Below, one piece after another: positions 11,980 to 25,790 of a DNA stretch of 64,000 nucleotides. Made by a program: the position numbers and the translations under genes. A model generated the notes under the pieces. That model had not been told where the DNA came from, did not search any database, and saw nothing but the letters and a program-made list of their open reading frames with translations. This stretch comes from Azolla caroliniana (Eukaryota; Plantae; Polypodiophyta): assembly GCA_043228905.1 (NCBI GenBank), contig JBHGNT010000021.1, positions 7,192,001 through 7,256,000 of the forward strand, given 5' to 3'. Within the stretch, counting starts at the first letter, position 1. Every line of letters begins with the position of its first letter.

Positions 11980-12444
11980 ACTGTTCTTGACAACTTGCTC
12001 CATCCACAATAGAGAAACATTTTTGTGGGACCAAGGATGACAAAAGTGTGAAAGATTGCTTGCGGAAGCGTTAGAAAGAACAATACAGAGAGAGAGAGAG
12101 AGAGAGTACGCGGGAGAGACAGAGAGAGAGCAAAACACACTATTTTTCAAAATTATATGAATACTGGGTGCACTCTCTCTACAACGCGCTGCGCTATTTA
12201 TACAAGTCCACACGGGATTGTTAGAAGTACGGTGTACTTCAATGCCCACACGAGCATCTGACACTAACTACGAGACTATAATTGTCTAATAGTTTAACCA
12301 TACTAGGCTTCCGGTTACGGATTCATCTCGCTTACCGACTCAGGCTTATTCAGCCGATCCGGCTCCGGTTGAGCTTGCCGCTCAACACTCCCCCTCAAGC
12401 TCAACCTGAGGTAGGGTCGTGGTATCAACCTCTGTGGCAGCCAA

Positions 12445-12871
12445 TGTCATGATATGGCAAGACTCGAACCCATGACCTTATGCTACATGGGTCGAGCTCT
12501 TGACCATTAGACTATACATTGTAATACGTAGAATATTATTTTCATTTATGTTTTATTCTAGAAAATTGATGTATATTCCAGATTTCTCTAGAACATTCTA
12601 GAAACTTCAGGAGTATTCCTTAGAACACTATAAAAGGAGGCACGAGGCATTATTTCGAACCAAATCGGTTCAATGCCAGTCTTAAGCCTCCTAGCTACTA
12701 CTGTACATTCTCTTCACATAATATATATCTTTTCTTATCATCTCTCTCTCTCGATCTCTCTCTCCCTCCCTCTCACTCCCTCTTTCCTTCTCTCGAGAGT
12801 TCTTCACCTCTCTTAGTACTAATACTTCTTTTAGTACTAATTCCTTCTCTGTCTTAGTAATGTTCCTGACA
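12445..12871 (+). mobile_element. Solo LTR of the chromovirus family found at 53857-59500
   Basis: 427 bp, TGTCATGA..CCTGACA, highly similar to 59067-59500. The flanks (GCCAA / GCTGG) are not a TSD. Confidence 0.92.
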
Positions 12872-15800
12872 GCTGGTTCTTCCAACCGACTTCTCCTAGC
12901 GTCGCTTCGTCTTTCTCGCGCTCCTTGTCCGGTCCGGTCCCGTTTGCCGCGACCCCTTTTGTTCTGCGTGCCTCGACCTTCGGCATGTTTGGTCAATAGA
13001 ATCATCTCAGCTCCTTCGCTGCTATGACTCCGGTGTTTGTCGATCCGTCGGTTCCTCCGCGATCGCATCGACTTCCGCTGCGTCCGTGTCTCCTTGGGCT
13101 CTCGTTGATCCGACTCATCCGGATCCGTCTGTTGATCCAAATCGGCTGTCTCCGACTTGTTCCAGCTCTTGTCCGAATCGGTATCCTCCGATTCGATTTT
13201 CGGCTTCAGGCCTCTCACCACATCGGACCACGTCCGGGTCTTGGCCTTCTCCGTGCTTCCCTTGGCTTCTTCAGCCGGTTCACCGACTTGTTCGGATGTG
13301 CCGACTTCCTTCGTCGACTCGACTTCATTTTTCTTCTTGTCTCCACCTCTACCGGTTCTTCTCTTACCTACGGGTTCAACAGTTTTTTTGCCTTTGCCCG
13401 TTTCGGTAGTGTCTTTGCCCTTGCGTCTCCCCCTCAAGTGCGGCACGTCGAGATGCTGAACACCAAGCATTTCGGTAAAGTGCTGCAACTTGTCCGACCC
13501 GAGCGGCTTGGTGAAGATGTCGGCAACTTGCCGATCCGTGTGAACATACCGTAGTTCAACTTCATCGCTCAGGACTCGCTCACGCATGAAGTGATAATGC
13601 ACTTCTATGTGCTTTGTGCGAGCATGGAACACAGGGTTCTTGGCGAGCTGCATGCTGCTGAGGTTATCGCAGTAGATCAAGATCAGGGTCGGTACCTCGA
13701 TCCGCAGGTCTTGCAGTAGTCGACGAAGCCAAATGGCTTCGCAGCTGGCAATGTTAGCGCCCCGATATTCAGCCTCAGTGCTGAATAGAGCCACTATAGG
13801 CTGCTTTTTGCTGCTCCACGTAACAGCCGCGCTCCCAAGAGAAAACATAAAGCCGGAAGTTGAGCGACAATCCGTTGCATCGCCAGCCCAGTCGGCATCC
13901 GTGTAGCCGACAAGCTCTTCGGTTATACCTTGCCAGTATAAGAGCCCTTGGTCCTTAGTGCCGCTTACATACCTCAGTATTCGTTGCGCGCACTAAAGGT
14001 GCTCCACGGTCGGCTTCTGCATGAATTGTCTTACCACTCCGACCGGATAGCTAATGTCGGGTCGGGTGATGGTCAAGTAGATCAAGCTTCCGACTATTTG
14101 TCGGAACCTTTTCTCATCGTAGGCTGGTCCGGAGTTGGGACGAATCTTCTGATTCCGGTCCAGGGGTGTGGACCCAGGTCGGCATCCCGTCATGCCGAAC
14201 TTGTACAGCATATTCAACACATAATGGCGTTGAGAAAGCAAAATGCCGTCAGGGGTGCGGATCACCTCGATCCCCAAAAAATAATGAAGGTCCCCCAAGT
14301 CCTTCATATCGAATGCGTCCGACAATTGGGTCTTGACACAATTGATTTCCGGAAGACCTGGGCCGGTGATGACTAAATCATCAACATAGAGTAAGATACA
14401 TACCAGACCGTTTGAGCCTTGACGGATGAACAGGGAAGAGTCCGACTTAGAGGCAACAAACCCCATCTTTCGCAACCGGTGCGTGATCTTAGCATTCCAA
14501 GCACGGGGGGCTTGCTTCAAGCCGTACAATGACTTCCTCATCCGGCATACCGTCGACTTGTTCACCTCCGACTGAAATCCGGGGGGCTGAGTCATAAAGA
14601 CTTCTTCTTCAAGATTTCCTTGAAGGAAGGCATTCTTCACATCCATCTGATGAAGATGCCACCCCCTTGCCGCAGCAACCGCCAGTACCACACGAACCGT
14701 CATCATCTTCGCTACAGGAGCGAAGGTCTCATCGTAGTCGATTCTGTGGGTCTGCGCATATCCCTTCGCCACTAATCGGGCCTTGTACCGGTTAATTGTA
14801 TCGTCGGCATTGTACTTTACCTTGTACACCCACTTGCATCCGATCGGTTTACAGTGACGGGGAGGGTCAACCAGGTCCCAAGTTCCGTTGGCATCCAGTG
14901 CCCGCATTTCTTCCTCCATAGCGGCGCGCCAATTTGCGTCCTTTGCCGCTTCCGCATAGCTCTCCGGCTCACGCACTTCCGCGACCTTGGTCATGTACGC
15001 ATAATGATGCGCCATGTACTCGTTATGCCCGTACCGTTTAACGGGATCCTTCTGGCGGGTGGACCAGCGTAACTCACCGTTACCCGGTATGAGACCCTTC
15101 TTGGCTGGTTCGGTCTTCGTTCCTGAAGATCTGCCTATGTCCTTGCCGAAGTCCGATACGCACCGATCCGACTCATCATTTCCGGTCTCGAATTCCGGCA
15201 TCTTCTGCTTCCCTTTCTCTTTGCGTGTGAACCGTCTCCTTGGTTCCTTGCGCGGGGAGAGCACTACAGAGTCTCCACTACTCGTCGTCTCATCATCTAA
15301 CTGGTTGGACTGATCCAGTCTCTCATTCGGTCCGCTTAACCGGAACGATTCCGAACTCTCATCTTGAGTCTCGGCTTCATCTTTCTCTACCTGGGCCGGT
15401 TCAGGGTCACTAGACCCATCCTCCGACATCGGGTCGGGATTGGAAGTCGGAGTTGGTAAGGAATACCACGATGTCGATTCATCAAACTCGACATCTCGAC
15501 TGACTCGGACCTGCTTCGTCCGGGGGTTATAACACTTATAACCCTTTTGCTCTTGAGCATAGCCGACTAGGATGCATTTTTCCAATTTTGCATCCAGCTT
15601 TCTCCGCTTCTCATCCGACACATGTACATAGGCTATGCTGCCGAATATCCGGAGGTGTCTCAAATTTGGCTTATGCCTGAAATACAGTTCGTGAGCTAAC
15701 ACCTTGTCCCCGATCCGGTTCTGGATGTAAACGGTCGTTTGAACCGCCTCCGCCCAGTAGAACTTGGGCATGCTCTTTTCCTCCAGCATTTCCCTAGCCG

Positions 15801-17706
15801 CGTCAATCAGCGACCGATTCTTCCTTTTGGCCACACCGTTCTGTTGCGGTGTGTATCTGCAGCTGAATTCTCACCGAATTCCTTTTTGTTGCAGATAGTT
15901 GTTGAATTGGGCGGAAAAGTACTCTTTTCTGCCATCCAACCGTAGGCATTTGATCTTCCTTTCTGATTCTCGTTCCACCATCTTCTAGAGGCTCCGGAAA
16001 CACTCGAAGACTTCGCTCTTCCGCTCAATGAGGTAGATCCACGTATGCCGCGTGTAGTCGTCGATGAAGGAGACAAAATATCGACTCCCGCCAATGCTAA
16101 CATTTTGTGTCGGTCCCCACACATCCGAATGGATAAGATCGAGCTTGTTACGGCTTCGATTTATTTCGGTGGGGAATGGAAGCCAGTGTTGCTTCCCGAG
16201 TTGGCAGGCTTCACAAATCTGGGCTCTCCGGCCGCTAAACTTCGGCAAACCGAAAACGACTTGTTCTGTTTGCAGGTCTTGAAGCCTCCGGTAGTTGACG
16301 TGGCCGATCCGCTTGTGCCACAGGTCGATATCTGACTCGACCTTCTGTCCTTAGGCAAACAGTGTAGTGCCGACGTCATTGGTGTTGAGGATAAACATCC
16401 TCCCATCTCTGCGCCCTTGTGCAATAACTTCACCCTCGTCCTCAATGAAGCACCCGAGGTGCGTAAACCGCACCTGCATCCACTGGTCGACGATCTGTCC
16501 AACCGACACCAGGTTCTTCGTGATCATCGGAACATGTAATACATTCATCAGCTTCCCCCTCTATCCGACGTGGCTCAAAGGGACTTCTCCGACATGCACG
16601 ATTGGGTGGGGAGTGTCGTCTCCGGTTTCGACAACTCCCGGTTGATCCGGCTTCTCCAAAAAGGAGAACCACTCCTCGTGGCTCGTCATGTGGTTCGATG
16701 CGCCGGAGCCAACGTACCACACTTCCTCCGATTTGGAAGTGGTCTTCTTCATTGAGTTTGCCTTGTGCTTCATCACCAAGGCTGGCCCCTTACCGTTCTT
16801 GGATCCTCCCGATCCGTTTGCGTAGTGCGAGCTTTGCCGACCTTCCTTACCGGTCTTGCCGGATCCGGATTTGTCCGGATCGGCACGCTTTCTCCAACAC
16901 TCGCTTTCCCTATGGCCCTTTTTGCCACAGTACCAGCATTCCGTAGCGGATTTGTCTTGCCGGCCTCAGGCACCACCTTGACTCCCTCTGCTTGTGGAAG
17001 TCTCGAAACTGCTATCGGCACGCTCATTGTGCCTTCGTTCCTGCTCTTGTCGGCCGCCTCGTCCACCACGCCCGCGGGACCGATCCGCTCCCGTGTACAA
17101 CATCCGTCTGTCTGGGGATGCATTGGTAGATGCATCGGCGTGGTTCTCCTCTACAAGGAGCATCGACTGTAAGTCGAAAAAAGAGGGCGTATTCTCCCTT
17201 GTACAAACCGCAGTCCGGAAAGCTCCAAACTTGGACGCCAAGCCTCCAAGACAGACCTGCACCATCTTGTCTTCCTCTACAGTGACGTTAATAGAGGCAA
17301 GTGAGTCACAGATCCCTTTGATACGGTATGTGTAATCTGCCACCGACATGTTCTTCTGTCGAATATTGCTCAACTCCTGTCTGAGTTGTAGCTTCCGGGC
17401 AGTGGTGCTTGCGGCGAAAACCTTTTTCGGGTTTCCCCAAGCAACCTTCGGTGTCTTGGCGGCACGGATATGGCTGAGCAGCTGGTCACCGACACTGAAC
17501 GCGAAGCAGTACATCACCCTACTTGCCGCCTGTTCCCACACTGGGAAGTTCTTGTGTGTCGTCTCCGGTGCTAAGTTGTTCACTCCGTCGACATAACTCC
17601 AGTAGCCATGCCCAAGCAGGTACTGGTGCATCTTTTATGACCAAGATGCGTAGTTGGTTATATCGAGCTTCTCCACCGGAAGCGACGTAGCCATACCTCT
17701 GTCCAT
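12872..17706 (-). pseudogene. Copia E gag-pol broken by stops and frameshifts
   Basis: Collinear fragments in several frames: gag, knuckle, PR, IN (LDLIHSDVWGP), RT (LYVDDL), RH (TKHIEVHYH, QVADIFTK). Confidence 0.93.
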
Positions 17707-18208
17707 TTCTCCTTTTGTGTCTGTTTTCCGATCTGTTAGGGTTTCCTTCACAAGCGTAGATGTCTGCAGCAGAGGTTCTCAACCCACGCGCTCTGATACC
17801 ATGTGAAAGATTGCTTGCGGAAGCGTTAGAAAGAACAATACAGAGAGAGAGAGAGAGAGAGAGTATGCGGGAGAGACAGAGAGAGAGAGCAAAACACACT
17901 ATTTTTCAAAATTATATGAATACTCTGTGCACTCTCTCTACAACGCGCTCATCAGCACTATTTATACAAGTCCACACGGGACTGTTAGAAGTACGGTGTA
18001 CTTCAATGCCCACACGAGCATCTGACACTAACTACGAGACTATAACTGCCTAGTAGTCTAACCTATACTAGGCTTCTGGTTATGGATTGGATCCGGCATA
18101 CTGGCTCCCCAGCTCATCGGTCCTTACTGCTTACCGGCTCGGTTGCTCACTGGCATACCGATTCATCTCGCTTACCGACTCCGGTTGAGCTTGCCGCTCA
18201 ACAAAAAG

Positions 18209-18762
18209 TAGTTGAAACTCAATGGCAAGGAAACACACAAGAAATCAAGGTTGGGATGTTAATTGCCACACCTGCAGATGACAATGACATGGGGCACTGA
18301 TTCTAGATTGGTAAAGTATTGGACATGGTGATGCATGAAAACCAAAATCAGATAAAGTCTACAAAGGTGCATTGGTACAACACTAAAAGCAAGAATGTGT
18401 TTACAGGCAAGTATACATTGGAGATGATTGAATGCCCAACGTCAAGAGGAAATAGAAAACGGAAAAGAAATATTCATAACACATAGACCCTTGACATGCA
18501 AGAGGTGGATATCATTATGTATGACTTTACCCTAACAAAAGCTAGACATTTAAGGAAGTCAACAATAGACATAATAAAATCGAAATTGTCAAGTCTACAA
18601 GGCTTCTCTTATTGAAGGCGGACCAAATCTTCTACACATGATTTGGAGATACAACATTTGATTTTAGATTAAGACAATGGTACATCAGATGATGAGGAGG
18701 ATGAGTCACCATTGTATATTATGCTCTATAGTAGTGATTCTTATGAGAGGAATAACTCTTGA
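18209..18762 (+). pseudogene. Decayed ORF C-terminus of unknown, probably transposon-borne protein; continues 11980-12046 across the copia E insertion
   Basis: Removing copia E restores one frame: FVGPRMTK|VVETQWQGNTQEIKVGMLIA..F*IGKVLD..KVHWY..GKY..FTLTKARHLRKSTIDII, then an acidic tail. It has a few in-frame stops. Confidence 0.55.
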
Positions 18763-18949
18763 GTGTATTTTTGGCATGAACAGTAACAATATAAGCTTGT
18801 AAGAACTTGAATGATATAAAGGTTACTTGTTTTTAAATTAATTGCTCCTTGTGAATATTGTTTGTTATAAAAAACATGAGTTGTTTATTTTACGGTAAAA
18901 AATTAACGTCAATTTGTGACATTTGCCTAATTTTGTAAAAAATATAAAG

Positions 18950-19055
18950 TCGAGCCGAGCCGAGCTCAAACCGTTTAACCAGGTTCAAGCCTAAGCCGAA
19001 CCAAACCAAGTCGCTAAACTGGTTTAGGCTTGAGCCGAGCCGTTGTCAATTCCTA
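18950..19055. mobile_element. Terminus of a hAT-like TIR DNA element
   Basis: Clustered GAGCC/AACCG subterminal repeats end in CCGTTGTCAATTCCTA (reverse complement TAGGAATTGACAACGG, an Ac-like TAGG end). There is a sharp junction into the copia F LTR. Confidence 0.65.
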
Positions 19056-19539
19056 CTAGATAGAATCTAGTTACTGTGTTGACCTTAAAGCCTTAAATAG
19101 GATTCTATACTTAAGTGGGATACATTCTAGATCCTCCACTCACATGTTCATTTAATATAGGACTTACATCTTTGTACCTATATTCTCCTCACACATGTGC
19201 ACTCTTGCACATGAGTATCTATATATACCTCATTGCGGGTATTTTTGTAACTTGATGCTTATTAATATAGAGAAAGGTCTTTATCTACACTCTTGTTAAT
19301 CATCCCCCATTTATCTTATTGTTCATAACTGTAACTTCCTCTCTCTCTTTCCCTCTCACATACACACACACACATCACAAAATCTTCCGTTGCTTAATCA
19401 CATACATGATCAACTACTTACATAATTAGACACTAATTAACCCTTAGTTAATCACCTAATTATTAACATGGTAATAGAGCGTGTGGTTTGGCATATCTAC
19501 TAAGCCCACCCAACTCATTGTGATTGTGTGTTCGAGACG

Positions 19540-19847
19540 CCGAAACCGCGAAACCGCGGCTTAACGGTTTCAACGGTTCGGTTCGGTTCAAGTCGGGTCG
19601 ATTCAGTTTTAAAAGCCAGAAACCACGGTTTAAACGGGGTTTTTTTTTTTGACTTATGTTGAAAACCAAAAGCGAACCATGAAACCGCGGTTTTTACGGT
19701 TTAATGGTTTAACGGTTTGAAAATTGTTTAACGGTTTAGTTTAACGGTTTTGTGGTTCGGTTCGGTTTGGTTTGGTTCAGGTTTCAAAAATTTTAAACGG
19801 TTTGCTTTGAACCCTCTCAAACCGAACCGAACCGTCGCCAATTGTTA
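19540..19847. repeat. AACCG/CGGTT-rich remnant of a hAT-like or MITE end inside copia F
   Basis: Dense AAACCG/AACGGTT/GGTTC repeats end in CCGTCGCCAATTGTTA, resembling the terminus at 19055. Confidence 0.55.
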
Positions 19848-21651
19848 AGCACCGGTGGTGCGGGCTAGGCTTTCGTCACAACGATCGTGTTTATCTCTTC
19901 CAAGGTTTTAGGGTTTAGGGTTGGTTATTTCTAGATCATAGCTCGGGGGTGGTCGGGTGGAACGGGTTCTTCTATCCAATCTATTTTCTTTCTTTTTACT
20001 TTATTTTGGTCTATTGATTAGTATTACACTCTTAACAGTGTCGGACTATACCGTCAAGATAAAGAGTATTTGTGACTCGTTTGGTTCCATCAACGTAAAT
20101 GTTGACGAACACAAGATGGTTCAAGTATGTTTGGGCGGCCTCGCACAATGGTTCGATCCGATAAGGACGGCAATCTTGGTGAGAGAAAACCGTCCATTCT
20201 TCAACCTTCAATCAATGTTATTGGTTGAAGAGAAACACGTCCAAACCAAGAGTAAGACGTCGAAAGGGCAAATCATCTTCTCGAATTCGGATGGGGGCCA
20301 AGGACAACGTCGCAATGGTAGAAACGGTTGATTCAGTCCATCTTACGAAGGAACTCAAACCTTCGACAAGAAGACGAAAACCTTTGAGGAACCCTCGGAA
20401 GAAGGGGGAGCGTCCATGCCAAACAAGGTCATCAAACCATGCCTCTTACTTACAACTATTGTGGGAAGATTGGCCATCGCGAAGATGAGTGCCAAAAGAA
20501 AAGAAGCGAGTCGGCCTCCACAAGCCGACAACTCACAAACTACGCCACCAACTCCGACTTTGAAGACTACGGTGGATTGTTCATCATGCGACATAAGACT
20601 AACTCTATGTCAACATCTGACTCCACTACCATCTCCATTTCGAAAGACGTGTGGTTCGTCGACTCTGGCTCCTCACATCATATGATGTCACACCAAGAAT
20701 GGTTTTGTGACTTAAGAACGCCGGATCAACCTGGCTACATAGAGACGGGAGATGATACCACACATCCCATTTGGCAAAAACAACAAAAATAATTGCATCA
20801 AGAATGTATTGCATGTTCCTACAATAACAAAGAAATTGGTCTCGGTCGGCCAAATTGTGGAGCAAGGATGCTTTATAGAAAAGAATGGCTAACTCATAGC
20901 CAGAGGAAGAAAAGACGGCCGAATGTTTATTCTCGATTCAGACGAGCTAAAATTGTTCATGTATGCAAAAGGTCGCAAAACCGAGGCGAACATTGAGTTG
21001 TGGCACAAGAGAATCGGCCACATCAATCTCCAACGGCTTCAAGCGATGCAATCATAGGGAGTCGTCATCGGACTTCCGGCATTTGTGAGAAGCATGTCAA
21101 CTCGGCAAACAACATCGACTCCCATTCCCAAAGGAGAGCTACGTAAGTAAAGGCCTCCTTGACGTAATCCACTCGGATGTATGGGGACCAGCTCAAACGC
21201 CGACTATCAGAGGATGCCAGTACTAATTTACCTTCATCGACGACTAGTGGTGCTACACATGGATTTTCCCGATGAAGAAGAAGAATGAAGTGCTCTCCCA
21301 CTTCCAAAAGCTCAAGAATCAAGTCAAGAAAGAAACAGGCCGGCATATTTGTTGCCTACGATCGGATGGAGGAAAGGAGTACTTCTCCGACGAATTCATC
21401 AAGTCCTACCTCCAAGGTGAAGGCATATAGAGAGAATTCTCGTGCCAACACATACCCCAACAAAATGGAGTAGCCGAAAGGAAGAATCGGCATGTACTCA
21501 AGGTAGCATGCGTCATGTTGCATGAGAAACAGATGTCGAACTTCTATTGGGCTGAAGCGGCATCCACGGCCGTCTATCTTATGAATCGGTGCACCACTCA
21601 TGGAGTGCATGAGCTAACTCCATATGAGATCTCTATTGGAAGGAAGCCGAT

Positions 21652-22656
21652 CCTTTCGCACCTCAAAGTGTTAAGAGGCATTGTGTATGTACGCATCCTG
21701 AATGAAAAATGACAAAAGCTCGACGAAAGTCGGAGAAATACATCCTCAGAGGATACTCATCCGATCAAAAGGGATACAAGTGCTTCAACCCTTCAACCCG
21801 AGCGGTTTGGGTAAGTCGGGACGTAGTCTTTGATGAATTGGCATCTTGGTATGAGCCCAATTCGGCTCCATCCGAACCGACTACGGAAGAGTTGGACGTC
21901 AACTCGGATGACGACATTCTACCATGGCCTGTACCACAGGAAAGTCCATGCTCAACCATGATGAGAGGACCACAAGAGCCTCCAAGCACCAAAATCATAT
22001 CTCGACCAAGGGTCAGATCGGGCAAAGGTAAGATGCCCAAACATGAAGTCGACCACCCTGACGAAAGTGATTCGGATGTGTCGACTCGCTCACTAGACAA
22101 TGATTTTGGTGTACCCATTATGCGGACACTTGGAGTAAAAAAGGTGCTCACCTTTCGCACCTCAAAGTGTTAAGAAGCATTGTGTATGTACGCATCCCGA
22201 ATGGAAAATGACATACGCTTGACGAAAGTCAGAGAAATACATCCTCATAGGATACTTGTCCAAGCAAAAGGGATACAAGTGATTCAACCCTTCGACCCGA
22301 GCGGTTTGGGTAAGTCGGGACGTAGTCTTCGATGAATTGGCATCTTGGTATGAGCCTAATTTGGTTCCATCCGAACCGACTGAGGAAGAGTTGGACGTCA
22401 ACTCGAATGACGACATTCGGCCATGGCATGTACCACGGGAATGTCCATGCTCAACCATGATTAGCGGACCACAAGAGCCTCCAAGCACCGAAATCATATC
22501 TCGACCAAGGATCGGATCAGACAAAGGCAAAGGTAAGATGCCCAAATATGAAGTCGAACACCCCGTAGAAAATGATTCGGATGTGTCAACTCACTCACTA
22601 GACAGTGAATTTGGTGTACCCATTATGCAGACACTTGGAGTAAAAAAGGCGCTCAC
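21652..22656 (+). repeat. Tandem duplication (about 500 bp, two copies) in the copia F integrase-RT linker
   Basis: Units start CCTTTCGCACCTCAAAGTGTTAAGA at 21652 and 22151 and are collinear but diverged. Confidence 0.92.
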
Positions 22657-22852
22657 ATCGACAAATGAAAAACTCTAACGCTCATGTCGAACGAAGTCTA
22701 ACCCGGACACTTGATTCGGCTACAATGAGTATATGGCCCATCATTATGCCTTCATGTTGAAGGTCATGGCCAAACAAGAGCCCGAAAGCTTTACGGAAGT
22801 TGTTCGTGACCCCTGATGGCTAGCAGCCATGGATGTAGAGATGCAAGCACTC

Positions 22853-23351
22853 TGTTACAGGCATGATCATATAATATCCTGTGGTGAGAATGTACCGTAG
22901 TATTCTATACACATGGATAAAGTGTGAGGGTTAAACGAGAGTCTAAAGAAGGGGAGGATTACTTTTAATCCTCGGGATTGAGACAACCCAGTAGGCCAAA
23001 TGTGAACTTGCCTGGGGCCCTTGGGTCTGGCTATAAATATGAGGCCTAGCTACCCTCATTTCATCATCTCTTGACTACGTCGAGACTCCATTCTTGTGGT
23101 GGGTCAACTCTTGTTGCGAGCATGCCAACACTAGGTACGACTCGACGCCACGACGGTGGTATGGGACGTCGATTGAGGCTCGAGTCCATCTCGATCCCTT
23201 CGCTCGGGGGTGGTTGGGTGGATCGGCACCCTTCTTTCTCTCTCTCCTTTCTTATTAATCTATCTTTGTTATCCTTATTATATGCTTACTTTAGAACATA
23301 ACTCTAACACACTCAGCCTTCGACCTTTTAACACTACAAGCCTTCGTCACA
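22853..23351 (+). mobile_element. Probable solo LTR replacing the RT/RNase H region of copia F
   Basis: TGTTAC..GTCACA ends and CTATAAATA at 23031. The left flank is the RT start (EMQAL) and the right flank is the pol end. No TSD. Confidence 0.6.
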
Positions 23352-24396
23352 GGCTTGAGTGGGAGGAATCAAAACAACCCCAAAAAGGCCGAAGAAAGAC
23401 AGAACCGGACGAAAGTTGACAAGGATATCGGATGCCTCACACTTGAGGTTGAGGGGGCATGTTGAGATATGAAGCTCAACTAAGTTTAGTCATTTAGTCA
23501 ACCACATAACTTAGTATTTACCTAGATAGAATCTAGTTATTGTGTTGACCTTAAAGCCTTAAATAGGATTCTATACTTAAGTGGGATACATTCTAGATCC
23601 TCCATTCACAAGTTCATTTAATATAGGACTTACATCTTTGTACCTATATTCTCCTCACACATGTGCACTCTTGCACATGAGTATCTATATATACCGCATT
23701 GTGGGTATTTTTGTAACTTAATGCTTATTAATATAGAGAAAGGTCTTTAGTGTAACTTCCTCTCTCTCTCTTTCCCTCCCACATACACACACATCACATA
23801 ATCTTCCGCTACATCACATATATGATCAACTACTTACATAATTAGACACTAATTAACCCTTACTTAATTACCTAATTATTAACAATATAGTTAAACTTAT
23901 TACTTATTTATACACATGTTTCCTTTACAATCCATTTGAGCATTTCAATCTTTATACCTTGATTATCTCCTATCCTTTGAGAGACTAATTTCTTTAAGCC
24001 CTTTGTATACATCCTAATGGTTTAAAACGCAGGTATATGTGAAAGAGTGTCATAACACAGCATAGTTTTGTCATTTGATTGCTCATATAAGGTTTCTCTG
24101 AAATTTAGCGCATGTATGTGCTTTATCTTGTGTTTAGAGTAGTTGGTAAGTAACTTCCATATCCTTCTTTTTGTCAATAAGCATTTTGTAGTAATGCAAA
24201 TGCTTTTGGTGATTTTCCTTATCCTTGACTATATCAAAACTCATGAGGTACTTTTGAGTTTCATGGCATTCATTATCAAACAATTATTTCCTCGACCTAC
24301 AATTCTTGGTACCTTTGCATAGTGTGTGCTTAACTTAAAAGTATTTGTTTGCACATGAGAAATCACTACTTTAAAAGCTTTCCATTTGCGTTGTAA

Positions 24397-25790
<1,394 letters not shown>

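Larger units (their letters stand above)
12047..18203 (-). mobile_element. Full-length decayed Ty1/copia element E
   Basis: LTRs at 12047-12387 and 17802-18203 differ by substitutions and an indel of about 60 bp. TSD AAAAG (12042-12046, 18204-18208), PBS TGGTATCAGAGC at 17790-17801, PPT at 12388-12399. Confidence 0.96.
19056..23884 (+). mobile_element. Decayed, internally rearranged Ty1/copia element F
   Basis: 5' LTR remnant 19056-19468 matches the 3' LTR 23460-23884. PBS TGGTAATAGAGC at 19469-19480. Gag/PR/IN remnants at 20037-22852. RT and RH are missing. PPT TTGAGGGGGCA precedes 23460. Confidence 0.92.
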
